64,000 nt of DNA from Blasia pusilla (lineage: Eukaryota): positions 17,670,001 through 17,734,000 of the forward strand of contig CM114271.1 in the NCBI GenBank assembly GCA_050084515.1, read 5' to 3'. Of this stretch, positions 11,881 to 28,885 are shown in pieces (position 1 is the stretch's first letter; every line of letters begins with the position of its first letter). The position numbers were made by a program, and so were the translations under genes. Under the pieces are notes generated by a model. It was not told where the DNA came from. It did no database searches and worked only from the letters and a program-made list of their open reading frames with translations.

Positions 11881-13068
11881 CTGAATCGTTGAGCCTGCGT
11901 TCATTTCTTCTCTCCAATCATCCATGAAAGCAATTTTCTTGTTTTAAAATTTTTTGAGATTCAATTGAATCGATGTTCTCCACTGCCGACCGCTGAGAAA
12001 AAAAACCCTTGCGAAGAAGAATCTGTGCCAATTGGTGGGGAACCGAAAACTCAATAGGCCCGTTAAACCAATGAGCGGGTGGAGAAGTTTTTACAGTTTG
12101 GTTACCCGGTATCATTTGAACCGGTTACAAACTCAATAAAATATAATTAACAGGCCACATTAGCGGACGCCGCTGGAGATGCTCTAAGTAGAATCCAATC
12201 CTCAACATAATGGGTTATTCCCCCCTCTAATGTAAGTTATCTTTCAAAGTAACAACTTGTTGAAATGTTTAAAAGGACTAAAAGTCAGAATTCTTGTTTT
12301 TAGAAATGGATATATGACGGGTATCAAACATTTATTTAAGACATCCTAGTAGGACATATCGTTCTATGAGGGTCCAAAGTTACTCCCACAAAACGCCACA
12401 CATCCAATTCATAATTCCTTTTTCAATTTTATTATTCTTAACTTATACCATAATTTGAATAAGGGATTACCCATTGTTAAATGCCTTGTTGATACTATGT
12501 GCTCATACTCCAATCCTTCAAAAAATTCAAATTATTGTTCATTAAGATTTCAAATTCTTGTCATTAAAAGTTAATGACTCATAAACTTTCTAGTCACTTA
12601 TATTTCCTTCTTCTTCATTATAAGGATCTTTTCATGGGAATGTTTTAATGTTTGCATCGCAATAGTCATGAAAATAGTTTTGTTAGTGTAAAGAGGATAA
12701 CATTCTCCTTCCGCAAGTGACAGCCATAGTTATAGCCCCCAAGTGAACACCCCTTCATAGATAGCCCAATAGTTGTAACCCAAAGATATAGTAATCTTTT
12801 GCACATAGACTAACAATTAACCCCAAACATAAGACATCATATGAATATATTCACTATCATGTGAGAGGCCAAAATCACACGGGAAGCACAACGCACTCTA
12901 AATCATTCAATAACCATTAAGCCAAACCCATTCTCAATGGAAGGAAATCCATATCTAATGCACCAACCGTAGCACTCTTTGTAGAGAACTCCTAAATGCC
13001 AACACCAATCTCATAGTCTATCTCTCACCCTTGATTCAACCTTGGTAAATCCCAAGATGGGATGAGGC

Positions 13069-13534
13069 CATTGTGAATAGCTAAGTCTATGGTGCCTACG
13101 CTAGCAGGGAACCAAGAAGTGTGTCCATGATCGTGAGTCCAAGAAGAAAGGACCTGAGTGTGACCCACCAAAGTCGCAACCTAGACTAACTACTCGCGAG
13201 ACTAGGAAGGGCGGTACAACCGACCATGAAACTAACACTAGGCAAGACGCCTATAGTTTCAGACAGATAGCCGAGAAGCCGTGAAGTATTAATCGGATCA
13301 AGTCTCCCTAAGTGTGTTCCATCTACCAAGGAAGCCTCTTCCCTAAGCCTTGACAATTCTCCCCAAGAAGCTCGCTGAAGGTAAAGGATGCATGTTACTT
13401 TGTCAAGGTGTATCCCTTACTTGTGTGTGTCTTACGTGGGTCACACCAAGGTCTTTCTTCCATGGACCCGCGATCATGACTCACTTCTAGAGTTCCCAAG
13501 AGCAGGGGCGCCATAGACTTAGTTATTCGCGATG
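13069..13534. mobile_element. Non-coding fold-back/MITE-like element with ~100-bp imperfect terminal inverted repeats
   Basis: 13069-13168 (cattgtgaatagctaagtctatggtgcc...gtgtgacccac) is the reverse complement, with mismatches, of 13436-13534 (gtgggtcacac...ggcgccatagacttagttattcgcgatg). No clear TSD. Confidence 0.7.
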
Positions 13535-16326
13535 ATTAAATGACACTTGTAGAGTATCATATATCACACAATGATGTGCAATTTCCCATTCATCCGGTTG
13601 CATCCCTTACTACCAATCATGTTCCTAGTGTAAACTATTTGTGTGATTAACTCCAAAATGCCCCCAACTCCTCATTGGCATGTTGCACAGATTATGGCTT
13701 CTAGGATGTATGTGGTATCAATTATGGTCATGCATCATTCCATACTCACAAGAGATGAACCACCTCTCATTTGAATGAGCTTCTTTGCTCTAGGCCTTCT
13801 GCCTTTAGTTAGACACATATACTTCCTCTTATTAAGATAAGGCATCCAAGAAAGTGATGGATTTCTATACTTGAATGTTAACAATAAGATTGGATTTTCA
13901 TTGTTCAAGGTCTTGGGGATAAGTAATTACTATATGCTCATTCAAGCTTTGAATTTATAAATCTTTTTGTTCTTAAGACAAAGTTCATCTGTTCTGTTCC
14001 AATCTACGCAGTCATGCTCCAAATGGAAAGAGAAATCAAGGGCATCTCCACTAGGAGAGATGGCTACGCGAGGGATAGATGTATAAAAAATAAAATACTC
14101 AACAAATTCGCTACCCTTTAATTTTTCTTCACCTTTATTTTGCGTTTTAGTATTAAAATGACATCTCACTATAAAGTGATAGGTAATCATACGTCATTAA
14201 TCTTCCATCTATATCTGCGCACTTACATGTGAGGATGAAGATACTTTCCACATGATCTCCACATCAAAGGATTTGTTGTAGGAGGATTCACGTAGAGCTC
14301 GACATATGAGTTTCTTTTTCCATGTTATAAATCAAAATTCTCCATTCTTACGTTTTAGAGGGTCCGAAGGCAACTCAGTTACCCCACCGACCAATTCAGT
14401 AGGGCGACAATCCCGCTTTAGGTAGTCGGGTAGATGTCCTCTAATTCGCAGGATGACAAATTCCATAAAGGCTTGCGTGATTACTTTTAAGATGAGGACA
14501 AGTTTGGTGTTAATTAACCTACAAATTTTCGTCCAGCGTCCCTCTTCATCCACCGGAGGGGAAGTTCATAACTCATCAAAGTACCACGAGCGCAATACTT
14601 TAGTGGGTATTTGAAGTGATATGAGTGCAAGGTGAGGTGAGAAACCAAGTACGCAGGTGGGCTAGGGCAATCGCATAGGATCACCTCTGCGAAGGCCGCG
14701 AACAACCACAAGCTAAGAGCAAGATGGCAGGCAGCTGAGGCAGGCTCGATATCTCAATTTGTGCGGCTCAAAATCCCAAAGGAACTAGGCCAAGACAGTA
14801 ATGGAAAAAGAAACACCACGATTGAAGAGAAGCCCCCAACTAGAGGCTGCAGAGGGACGTGGTAACCCGGTAGTAAAGGAATCTAGCATTGCTCGGGCAG
14901 TTGATGACATACCAGGATGACAGCTCCCAACAAAATTGACAAGAGGCCTTGCAGGCAACACCAGTTCTTGCAAATGCGGACTCAAAGCATTTATTCTATT
15001 TTTTTCCAACAGAGTACTCATATGGAGACGATCGGATTTGAACCGACAGTGACACACGGTGATGGCTGTGAGCATAATCATTGACTGGTAGGAGACCCTA
15101 GCAAGTCTAGCCATGGCTCCACTGCAAACTGACACGTGTCACCTGTAGAGTCCATGAATAATGGCCAGAGAAGGAAATCTACTGCTCTTCCAGATGACAC
15201 CTCAACAAAATGCAGAGCCCTGCCCTCCACTTCTGCTTCATTCAAATACACCGCTTCCACCTCCAAGGGTCATTACTCCTGCCTCCGGTGTAAAGCACAA
15301 AAGATTTCTCATTTCATTTCCATTCATCAACCACACATGAAAATACCCACTTACCCACTTTTGGAATCGCAAGGAATTTCAGAATTTCCATCATGCTAAA
15401 TCACCCAAGTGATTACAAGCGAGTGCTCAATATCATGCAGCCTTGTAATTAAATGAAGATTCAACTCCCTTGAAACTAGCTGTGTCCAATACACTTCTCC
15501 TTCAGCCATTATATTGACATGGATGTTGGTTTATGGTCGTGTTGCTATCATGCCCCAGTATAGAGACACACTTAATCAAAGTGCCACCAAAAGCCAATAC
15601 CAACAAAAACCAAATTCATATTCACTGCGCCTCACAACTTGTACTAAATACGGTATATTTATCCTAAAAAAAACCCATCAATTCCTGGAGTTAGGATCTA
15701 GATTTGATAAACTTGTCATTTCTGTACCGTAAGGACACCAGAGGCATATTGGCACCTACCCTCCAATGGTATCATGGCCTCCTGCGAGAAGTTGTAGTTT
15801 ACCTTAAGGTTTCCTTCAAATACAACCATTTTGCAGTGCATTGCAAAACATGCCAACCCAGGATCAAATGAAATTCAGGTCATGTATCTGCACAGTACAG
15901 GCTTGACCGATCTTCTAATTATGCCCCTTAAATTAATCCAATAGAACCGAGTCACGCCGCACTTACTTTCTCTGTTGACAGATTCCACACTCATCTGCTG
16001 TATTTATTATTCAAGATGTTTCTCATTTAATCACGAACAGGCAAAAAGGGGAAAAACGAAAAAGAAAAACACCCAAGGAACTGATGTAGTACCCAAGATA
16101 GAACATAATTGACAAGGAGCGAGTCGTTTACAGATTCCAAGGCAAGTCTCTCTCAGCTGTCAGTGCTATCAAAACTGGTTCATATTACGACAGAGCACCC
16201 TCTCAAAAACATTAGTAGATGGCATGAAGAGAACTCATTTCATGATACATAGAAGCCTCAACTTTCTCTAAACTCTGGTAAACTCTAAATTTTTCTCCAG
16301 AAAAAATACACAGGATCTCAGATCGC

Positions 16327-20542
<4,216 letters not shown>

Positions 20543-20589
20543 AACGTCTTCCGAATGCCCCAAACGGTGGAGAGGAGGATGCCGCAACT

Positions 20590-21950
20590 ACGACATAAAC
20601 CGGTCAGACGGCTATGTCGGCAGTTACCACGATAGACTTGCGCGAGTCAAAACGAAGTGAGGTCCAACCAGAAAAGGACCACACACTGTTCAAGCAGGTC
20701 TTGTCAGTGCACCTCTACACGACACTCGCAACTACGTCGGAACCCGCGAAACCTAAAGAAATCCGAGAGGGGAAAACTCGCAACTCGGGTCCCGAGCACT
20801 CTATACGCTCTACAACCTCAAGCAGCTGCGCACATCGCTTCTCACAGAAACCGAGTCTAGCCCGAAGTTCCTCGCAAACTGAATCCTCCCTCCAAATCTT
20901 TGCCGCAAACACAGAGAACCCTTCTACCACAGACTGCGGCTTCCCCTGCCCCCTACCTGCCAGCAAAACCTAATCCCTCACTACGGCGACAGGAGGACGG
21001 GCACCAAAGCTCCACCTCTCACAAATTAAAGCGCCCTACCACGCCCGCCCTCGCTACCTCCCTCACTTGGCCGCAACTACCGCACCCCAGAAACGAAATT
21101 GAAAGCAACACCGCGGCCGCTTCTGCTTGCACCAATGCGCCTCGCCTCACCAGCAGCACCACTCCTCTGTCTCTGCTCTTCGCAGAGGTGCGCGGCTGAA
21201 TCCCGCTCCTTCCGCATAGGGAGCCAGCGAGCGAGCACTCGGCGGTTCCGACGCGATAGAGACTGCACTATTACACTCTTCTACCACCACTACTACAGTA
21301 CACACCACTTTCCTTCCCTCTTCGGCCGCACAAGAAACTAGAGAGGGAGAAGAAGACTGCCAGCCAACGAAGCCAGGTGAAAAAGTAATTTCGAGTCCGT
21401 CCTCCGGCGCCCGCGACGGTGCCCGCAAGCGACAACAGGGGGGTCCCTCGGGGGTAAGAGCGTCGCGGCCCTGAATCCCCGACCTCGCGACTCTGCGAAT
21501 GGTTGCCGCCGGGGATGCGTCGGTAGCCGGGAGTTCCCACCGCAGTCCCTCGATCCGCGAACTGTCCTAGTGGGAGAATCCATCCATCACCACCTCCGTC
21601 CATCCAGACCTGGAGGCGCCGTTCCCACGAGCGACTCCGTTCGCCGACCGTCCGGGTTTGGACAGCATCGTCACGTGAGCCGGCCAGGCATCCGAGGCCC
21701 GGTCCGGTCCGTGGAGGTCTCCGGCAGAACGCTCAGGCCGTCTCCTTTCGTCCGGATCCAACGATCAGGATGTCCTCGTTCCCGACGCTACGCGACAAGC
21801 AGCTTTTACTAAGGGCAAGTAACTCTTGGGGGCTTCTCCGACAACTCCTACTGCGACTTGTGAGACAACCGCAGTTACATTAGGTCATCCTATAGCTCCA
21901 CGTAAATCGAGCGACCCCGTCTCCTTCCGGGCGGATTCCATGTGGAGTCG
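20590..21950 (-). promoter_or_regulatory. GC/CpG-rich promoter and 5'UTR region of PRP43
   Basis: High GC with abundant CG dinucleotides directly upstream of the ATG, unlike the CpG-decayed flanking TEs. A possible 5'UTR intron at 20956-20588 (GTAGGG...GTCGTAG) is not confirmed. Confidence 0.5.
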
Positions 21951-22321
21951 ACTATTGGTACAAACAAAAACGTTTTTCCATTATCCCGTCTTTCCGATGG
22001 ATAATGGATAGATATTCGGCAATTCGTTAGAATGTCCAAAGAATAAAGAATAACGACCTATCAAGACTCGACAGTCCTTTTCTGGAAAAAGAAAAAAAGC
22101 GTGGAACCCTAGCATCTTGATGACCTCTCTCGCATGGATTTCGCCTCTTGAGGCCGTTGGACGACATCGGGCGCTTAATATTGCACAATGTCTCTTCAAT
22201 TTGAGATCATTTTTCCTTTTGACACGTGTCCTTTTTAGCCAATAGAATCGTTCGATGCCTAAGACAATAAGATCGCTCGAATTCAATTGTGCACTTAGGA
22301 TGGGTAATTCAAAATTATATA

Positions 22322-22348
22322 TCTATGCATCGCACGAGCACTAGCTAG
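22322..22348 (+). mobile_element. Helitron-like 3' terminus
   Basis: tgcatcgcacgagcactagCTAG|T: a decayed GC hairpin followed by CTAG and T, as at plant Helitron 3' ends. Confidence 0.55.
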
Positions 22349-24018
22349 TCATCTCAAAAGGTCGGGGTTGATAATGAGTGGCCATAGTCGTAGGGTTGTT
22401 CACGGGGTCATCCTATGTCTTGCGTCCAAGAAAGAACCTATGTCCTTCCACCCTCTCTAAAACCTGTTGAGGCTGATATAAATTTCAAATAACTAGTTAG
22501 AGTTTTTTCAGTTTCATTTTAATCTTTGACAATACTCAAATGGTAAAATCCCCATGGGACTTGGCCCTAATGGCCAATCCCCGTGACAAATCCAAATAGT
22601 CGAAGTTTGGTGCGCCCTAGCTCATGATTCTTGCAAGTGCCATTTTGGAAGATTGTTGCAAACTCCTTGTATATGAAGACCAACCTGAAGAGGCAACAGG
22701 GGCAATTTGAAATACCCTCTAATGTACGGATATATTCATACCCTCACATCAATACACGCATCCATCCATTCATACTTCCACTCAAAACTATCTATACTAT
22801 TATTGAGACATGGGGGGTTACTATGTGTGGTAAGAAGAAGACAAAAAAATGGCTTGTTGTCTATAATGTCACGTCTTTTAGGATAGATCGGTGAGATCTA
22901 GTAGAGCGTCTTCGCGAGTAGTGGAGGACACGCTTAGTAGGTCGAGGATGACCTGCCAAGGCCCCGTGAAACCTGAGAGAGCAGGTTTCCCCTTCGTTTT
23001 GGCTCATTTGGAGCCATATTGAATAACTTATTATTTTAGGTAATTACCATTTTTAGTATATGATTGACTTTATATTTTTGGTAAGTGACCATGGACCTCC
23101 TACATCATGTCAAGACCCAAGGAGGGGACTTGGGAGAATAGGTAACCATGGAGAGAGCTTGGGAGAGGGGAGGGGTATACCTCAAGGAGAGAGAGCTTGA
23201 GAGCTCATTCTCTTTTTGTTGAACCTCTTGGCATGAGGCGGAGGAGCTATGGTCCTTTGCCTTGTGAGTGTAACCCAAGCCTCTCATTAGGAGAGTGGGT
23301 TTGGTTTGACATGAGAGAGAGTGCACACCTTTGAGAGCTATGGTGTGAGATGGTTTAGAGATTGGATCTTACTTTACAAAGAGAGAATGAGAGAGTGAGA
23401 GAGCTTCATGGGGGAGCTCACTGGTCATTCACTGTTTTTGCAGGTTTTGGATGGTGTTCCCCATTCAGTGGCTCATGGGAGTGCTCACCGGAGCAAGGGC
23501 TACTTTGATTGTTCTTTGCATTTGCCAATTTTTCGTGTGGAAGAGTGGCGCGCGGAAGCGCTGCCCAATTTGTGATAGGGATTGATTATGGGGGCGGGTT
23601 GCCCCATGCTGGTGCTCTCAAGAGCACCATGTAGCTTGTTTATAGGTTTTACATTTTGGTTGGGAGAAATCAGCGCTTAAGCGCTGCCATATTTTGTGTA
23701 GGAGAAAGAGACATTGGGCTTTACAACAATCCCCTTTAGTTTTTACTGGAATGTTCAATTCCAAATATTTTTTGATATTGTTGTAGATCGTGAAGTTATG
23801 CACGTTGTGCAATAAACGGTGCGCAATTTGGAGTTGTAAGTAAAAAGTAATGATCAATCTTGCAAAATTGCCATTGCTAGGCGATTTTTAGGGTTAAATT
23901 GTTCAAACCCTAAACCAGTCGCCACGGCGGCGGCGGCCGTCACCGTCACCGGTAAAAGTCAACTATCACCGGTAAAGTCAACCGTCATCATCAATAGTCA
24001 ACCATCACCATCAACGGT

Positions 24019-24046
24019 CCACCGTCCACCGTCCACCGTCCACCGT
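24019..24046 (+). repeat. (CCACCGT)4 tandem repeat within a degenerate caccgt/tcaac repeat tract (~23937-24056)
   Basis: Read directly. Confidence 0.85.
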
Positions 24047-25129
24047 TGCCGTTGCCCAGCGTTGCTTAGAGCTGCATTCGGCCGTTGTCCACCCTTTGGT
24101 TGCCATTTCCGCCATTACGAAGTGGAGGGTCTTCCACGACCACCGTTGATTCTCAGACTTGCGCCGCCACCACGTACTTTGGTTTGGCCGCCACCTTCAT
24201 TGAAGTTTTGTCATCAACATGTGATGGTAGATCACCTCTGGTTCTGGTGTTTGAGTTTTCATTTCATGTTGCTATGTTGTGATAGGTAGCCGCTCGACAA
24301 GGATCGAGTACCATGCCATAACGCGTGTAGCCGCAACGCGTGCTCGATTTCGCGCCGTGCCGCTCGTGGCCGCACCGTACCATCTCAATCGCGTAGCCGT
24401 ACCGTCATTGTGGAGTAGAGTGTGGGTTTATTGTTGATTAAGGAGAATATCGGACCGAGTGCCGCTCCCACCATCAAGGGCGGTGCCATTTGTAGTTGTT
24501 CCGTGCCGCCTACAATGCCATACCGTTCCGCTGGAACAGTACGGCGTTGATCCATCAAGGAGTTTAAAGCACCGTCAGTACGGGAGGAGTATGACTTGTT
24601 GATTGGAGGAGTTGTCTCCACGACCGAGTTAGAGTCAAGATTTGCAGTTGCTGAGGAGCGACATCGGTATGTGTTCAGGTTACCCATTCTCGTCCTTTAC
24701 CCTACACGTGTGAGGGATTCACGGATTTTGGTAGTTTATTTGGGGATATTGGATGTGTGGATGCTGAGAGCATCATTTATGTATGTGGTTTATGGGACAT
24801 AGACATGTGTGGGATGTCTAAAGTTGAGGGTAGGTTGTCGATGAGATGACAGCCTGGTCGATTTGCCGCACCACGCCGCTTTTTGCCACACGTTACACGT
24901 CTCACAGAGGGAAATTGTAGATTGAGTGCCGCATGTTTGGGATGAGTGATTGAGAGATTACTCACGAGGTTGAGAGTGATCGTGTGAGAGGGGCACGAGG
25001 GCCATCACGGCGTCCTTTTAGGATTTTGAGAGGCGAGGTAGTGGACCTGAGAGTAGCTCTGGAGGGTTTACCCGAAGTGGTGCGAGGTTTCAAGGGTCTC
25101 AACGTGAGAGACCACCTTGATCTCTATCT

Positions 25130-26413
25130 GTGTCATCTTCAGACGAGGGGGAGCATGTAGAGGAGTTTGTGAGCACATCGCCACACATTGTGAGTGGTCC
25201 TACCACTTGGGCGGATGAGATGGACGATCGGGGTAGAGGACCGCGTAGGTTTTCAGGTTCAATATGCACGATTGAGTTGGACAATTTCATAGCAAAGTTT
25301 AGAAGTTGGTGCGACTCCCAGCAGGCCAAGAACTCTAGAGAGTTCAAGCTGTTTACAGCATGGAACCGTATGTTCCACCATTTAGAGGGGGCACCCATGG
25401 ACGATTATCATGAGTTCTCCCACATAAATGCCCACGAGATTGAGGCATGACGACAATACTACGACCCACACTATGTGTCATGGACAGAGCCTTTCCCAGA
25501 TGAGGAGGAGGAGTCAGGAGAGGCTACTTCCTCTTCCACTAGTGATGTTTTAGGAGGGGTCACTTGCACTGGACCGGTTGCACCGTCTAGTTGGGTTCGT
25601 CCCAGGTTCAAGCCTGTGACTGAGTTCTTTGTTGAGTAGAGGGCGAGCTACTAGGGGGTACGGACAGAGAAGTTGCAGAGCATCCACGACTTCCAGAGAC
25701 GCCCGGGTGAGAGTTTGTGTGAGGCTTACACTTGCTTGCGCCGATTGATCAACGTCACTCAGGGGGTGACAGAGGCTCAGGCTATCTAGTCATTGTACGC
25801 GATGTTGGATCGGACCTTGCGGACACGAGTGTGGGAGGGGGTGCTTCTTATGAACACCTCCCCTACGTTGAGAGATGTTTTTTGGACCGTCGAGAATATT
25901 GAGCGCAACATGGCGGAGGAGAGGGTAGCCACCATAGGTCCTGGGCGAGAGCAGTCACGATTGACTGCACCACCTGTGCGGGAACGTGGACTCCGAGATA
26001 GGTTGACTATGGCACCACAAGCTCTAGGAAGATACCAAGAGGCCGTGCCACAGAGACCTGCGTCTCCATATGCGGCTCAGCAGCTGCCGCCTACTATTAT
26101 TTGTTGGTCATGTGGTGGAGCCCATCATCAGCGCGATTGCACTCGTCAGGGTCATGGACATGTGCCTCATCATGGAGGAGGAGATGGTGTTGCACCAGGA
26201 GGTTATCAGTGTGACTATTGTCAAAGGTATGGTCATACACGCGCAAAGTGTTTCAGTTTACATCCTAAGTTACGTCTAGACCGAGGGCCAGAGGGGGCAC
26301 TAGAGCGAGTAGCCGGTCCGGGTGGGCTAGAGATCGTGCACCATGTGGTCCCATTGGGGACAAGGAGTTGGAGCTGCCCGACATGGTGGTGGAGCTGCCC
26401 GTGGAGGAGGTAG
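25130..26413 (+). pseudogene. Gag with two zinc knuckles (DNMT-gypsy copy 2)
   Basis: IELDNFIAKFRSWCD...HLEGAPMDDYHEF is homologous to copy 3 gag. CX2CX3-4HX4C knuckles lie at ~26100-26250. Confidence 0.8.
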
Positions 26414-27129
26414 AGTCCTACCACTTAGACGCATCGAGGGAGATTTCGGGCGTGAGGCTAGGATGGTTGCTCAGATACATCAGCTAGAAGAACAGATTGC
26501 CACTACGGCATTGAGATTACCCGATTCCGGATCCGTGGCATCGACATCATATGGAGGAGCCAGAGATATGGAGGATCCTGGTTGGATGTGCGGGTTGCCC
26601 AGATGGAGGCCGCCACAATTGTGATGCGTGGAGCAGCCGTAGAGTTGGATCCACACCGAGGGGAAGCCGGGAAACAGACTAGGCTTCCCCAATCTTTCAC
26701 GTTGTCTGAGGCGATGAGGATCCCATCGATGGATCTTGATCAGAGTTCCTGGAAAATTGGTGACGTTTTTGGTGTGCAGGCACGGAGGTTGATGGGAGAA
26801 GCGAGTGCGATAACTCCTATTGTTGATGCACAAGAGGGGCATCTATCAAGCACGTTGTTGGGGGCGGCCACCATTATGTACCGCGCTCCTTTATTTTCTG
26901 CTTCCGATGTTATGGCATTGGGGGGTACGCACGCCGAGGCTTTTTGGCTAACCGCTATGCTATGTGAGCGTGGAGTTAGAGTTACTGCATCTGGTTCAGA
27001 GGTGATTGTATTGAGGTGATGGACCTGCCCTTGGAGCAGATGCACAAGCCGTCCACGTCAGATTCATGGCAGGCTGCGGATGCTTGGATGGCGGAGATGC
27101 CCGCTAGACCCGCGATAGAGCGTGCCATG

Positions 27130-27510
27130 GCTCCTCCTGGTATTGTGTTGGTGGATAACCGAGGAGAGGTCTTCCAATTCGTGAGTCCCGGAGGTAGAGC
27201 TTTTAGTCCACAACGCGTCTTTTTGGATTCAAGAGCGGAACTCTTGATGTTGGGGAAAGCGTCATTTAGAGGATTGGGCTTGACGAGATCCGATGTGGAG
27301 CGTTGTCCATTCCTGATACAAACATCCTTGGGTGGATCAAGTACCACACAATATATCACCCGACATGAGGTCATGGTGAGGATTTGCCCAAGACATCCTA
27401 CATATGAGTCTGTGGTGCGAGCCAAGGCGATAGTGACTGATATAGAGTCCTACGACCTCTTGGTTGGTGAAGTTGTGTAATACTCGATGGGGTTTTCCCT
27501 GGATTACTGG
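27130..27510 (+). pseudogene. Retropepsin-type aspartic protease (DNMT-gypsy copy 2)
   Basis: RVFLDSRAELLMLG (LDSGA-like) and C-terminal SYDLLVG. Confidence 0.7.
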
Positions 27511-27939
27511 GAAGAGTCAGCGTCCTACAAACTAGGATGGCAGTCAAGTGATGGGCGCCTTAGCTCATTACCCGTTCGATTCACATGTGCAGTGATCGAG
27601 CAACGGCCAGGAGAGATGGCGACCTTAGCAGCATTTAGCAGTGCCATCACTTGGCGTAGTGATTTGATTGAGGGACATGTCCATGCAAAGGATACTCCCG
27701 TTCCTGACATTTCTATGGACAGGAGTGTTATGGTAGCTGCATCATTCCGTGGAGGACAGATGCCGTTGTGGGGCTCGACTGAGGAGCTTCAACGAATGGC
27801 ACATGAGCACGTGCAAACCGCGTGGAGCGAGGCGTTTGCACCGGCGCATGACGAGTCTGAGGAACCCGAGATAGTAGGGAGTGCTAGGATCACACCCTTG
27901 GATACCACACCCATTGTGTGGTGTGCCCCGGAGGAGGGT

Positions 27940-28885
27940 ATTCGAGTGTTAGATCTCTTTGGAGGGATTAGCAACGGGTTAGCAGCTGTTTTGCAATCAA
28001 GAGTGCGAGTACAACAGTACATGTATGTGGAGAGTGATGATGTTGCAAGGCGCATCTCACTACAACATGTGGCGCAGTTACGCCTATGTTTTCCCGACTA
28101 TTGTCTGCGTCCGCGGTAAAGGGATACCAGAGTTCCCTACCGAGGGATATTTTGTTGTTGGGGGTGCAGGACTTAGAGCGGGTAGGGACCATTGATTTGG
28201 TCATTTCTGGTTGGCCATGTCAAGGCCAATTGGGTGTTGAACAATGCAGCGGGTTGGATGATACTCGGTCCAAGTTGTTTTGGGAGATGTTGAGGGTCTT
28301 ACGGTAGTTGCAAGAGCACCAATCTTGTTCTTCAGCCTACATTTTGGAGAATGAGCCCATCTTAGGAGACTCCAGGTCACGGGTGGTGACGAGTGCTCAT
28401 CACGTGCGTCCCTGGATCGGCCCAGCAATGTTCTTGGATGCGGCGAGTGTAGGTTGTAGAGCCCATCGCTCGCGTTTATGGTGGACCAACTTGGTGCCCC
28501 ATGCGGTGTTACGGAGGGCGTATGCAAGAGTCAAGCGTCCCTCCCATTTATTAGTGGATTCCATTCTGGATCCATGTCGTCGATCAAAGGCAGTGAGGCA
28601 CGATGATCGACCACCGTTGACTGTGATCAACAGAGTAGGCAGGCCGTGGGCAACCTTTCCCACGTTTGTGAGTTTTCTTGCTTCCTATGCATACAAGGAG
28701 GCTGGTCCTAGCTTGGTTTGGGATGACTAGGTTCAGAGGTTGGTGGAGCCCCACGCCAATGAGAGAGAGCGGGCGATGGGATTTGCCCTAGGAGTGATGG
28801 CAATTTGGTCACTATCAGAGGCATCACGACGCCATGTCTTGGGTCTGGCGATGGACATGAACTGTTTGACATGGATCTTTAGCTT
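27940..28885 (+). pseudogene. DNMT3-like cytosine-5 methyltransferase domain of retroelement copy 2
   Basis: Motif I IRVLDLFGGISNGLAAVLQ..YMYVE; motif IV DLVISGWPCQG (28209-28226); motif VI AYILENEP; motif VIII RAHRSRLWWTNL; motif IX ERERAMGF; motif X RHVLGLAMDMNCL. Confidence 0.9.

Larger units (their letters stand above)
8655..12184. mobile_element. Full-length PIF/Harbinger DNA transposon (3530 bp)
   Basis: TIRs GAGCATCTCCAACGG (8655-) and CCGCTGGAGATGCTC (-12184) match at 14/15. TAA TSD at 8652-8654 and 12185-12187. Two convergent ORFs inside. Confidence 0.95.

Noticed and set aside
15023-15047. tRNA-like T-arm on the minus strand (GTCGGTTCAAATCCGATCGTCTCCA)
   Set aside because: No matching 5' acceptor strand, D-arm or anticodon arm at the expected distance, so it is not a tRNA gene.
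14332-15399. Several short ORFs in moderately GC-rich sequence downstream of PRP43
   Set aside because: No recognisable domain, and no consistent exon chain could be built.
20614-21812. Many overlapping 60-120-aa ORFs on both strands
   Set aside because: Expected by chance in GC-rich promoter/UTR sequence; low complexity with no motifs.
23905-23913. AAACCCTAA telo-box/telomere-like motif
   Set aside because: A single unit inside a TE leader; not an array and not linked to the host gene.
27940-28885. Interpretation of the MTase as a bacterial restriction-modification gene or a host DNMT3/DRM gene
   Set aside because: It is intronless, embedded between protease and RT at the same position in three TE copies, and has no partner endonuclease or host-type N-terminal domains.
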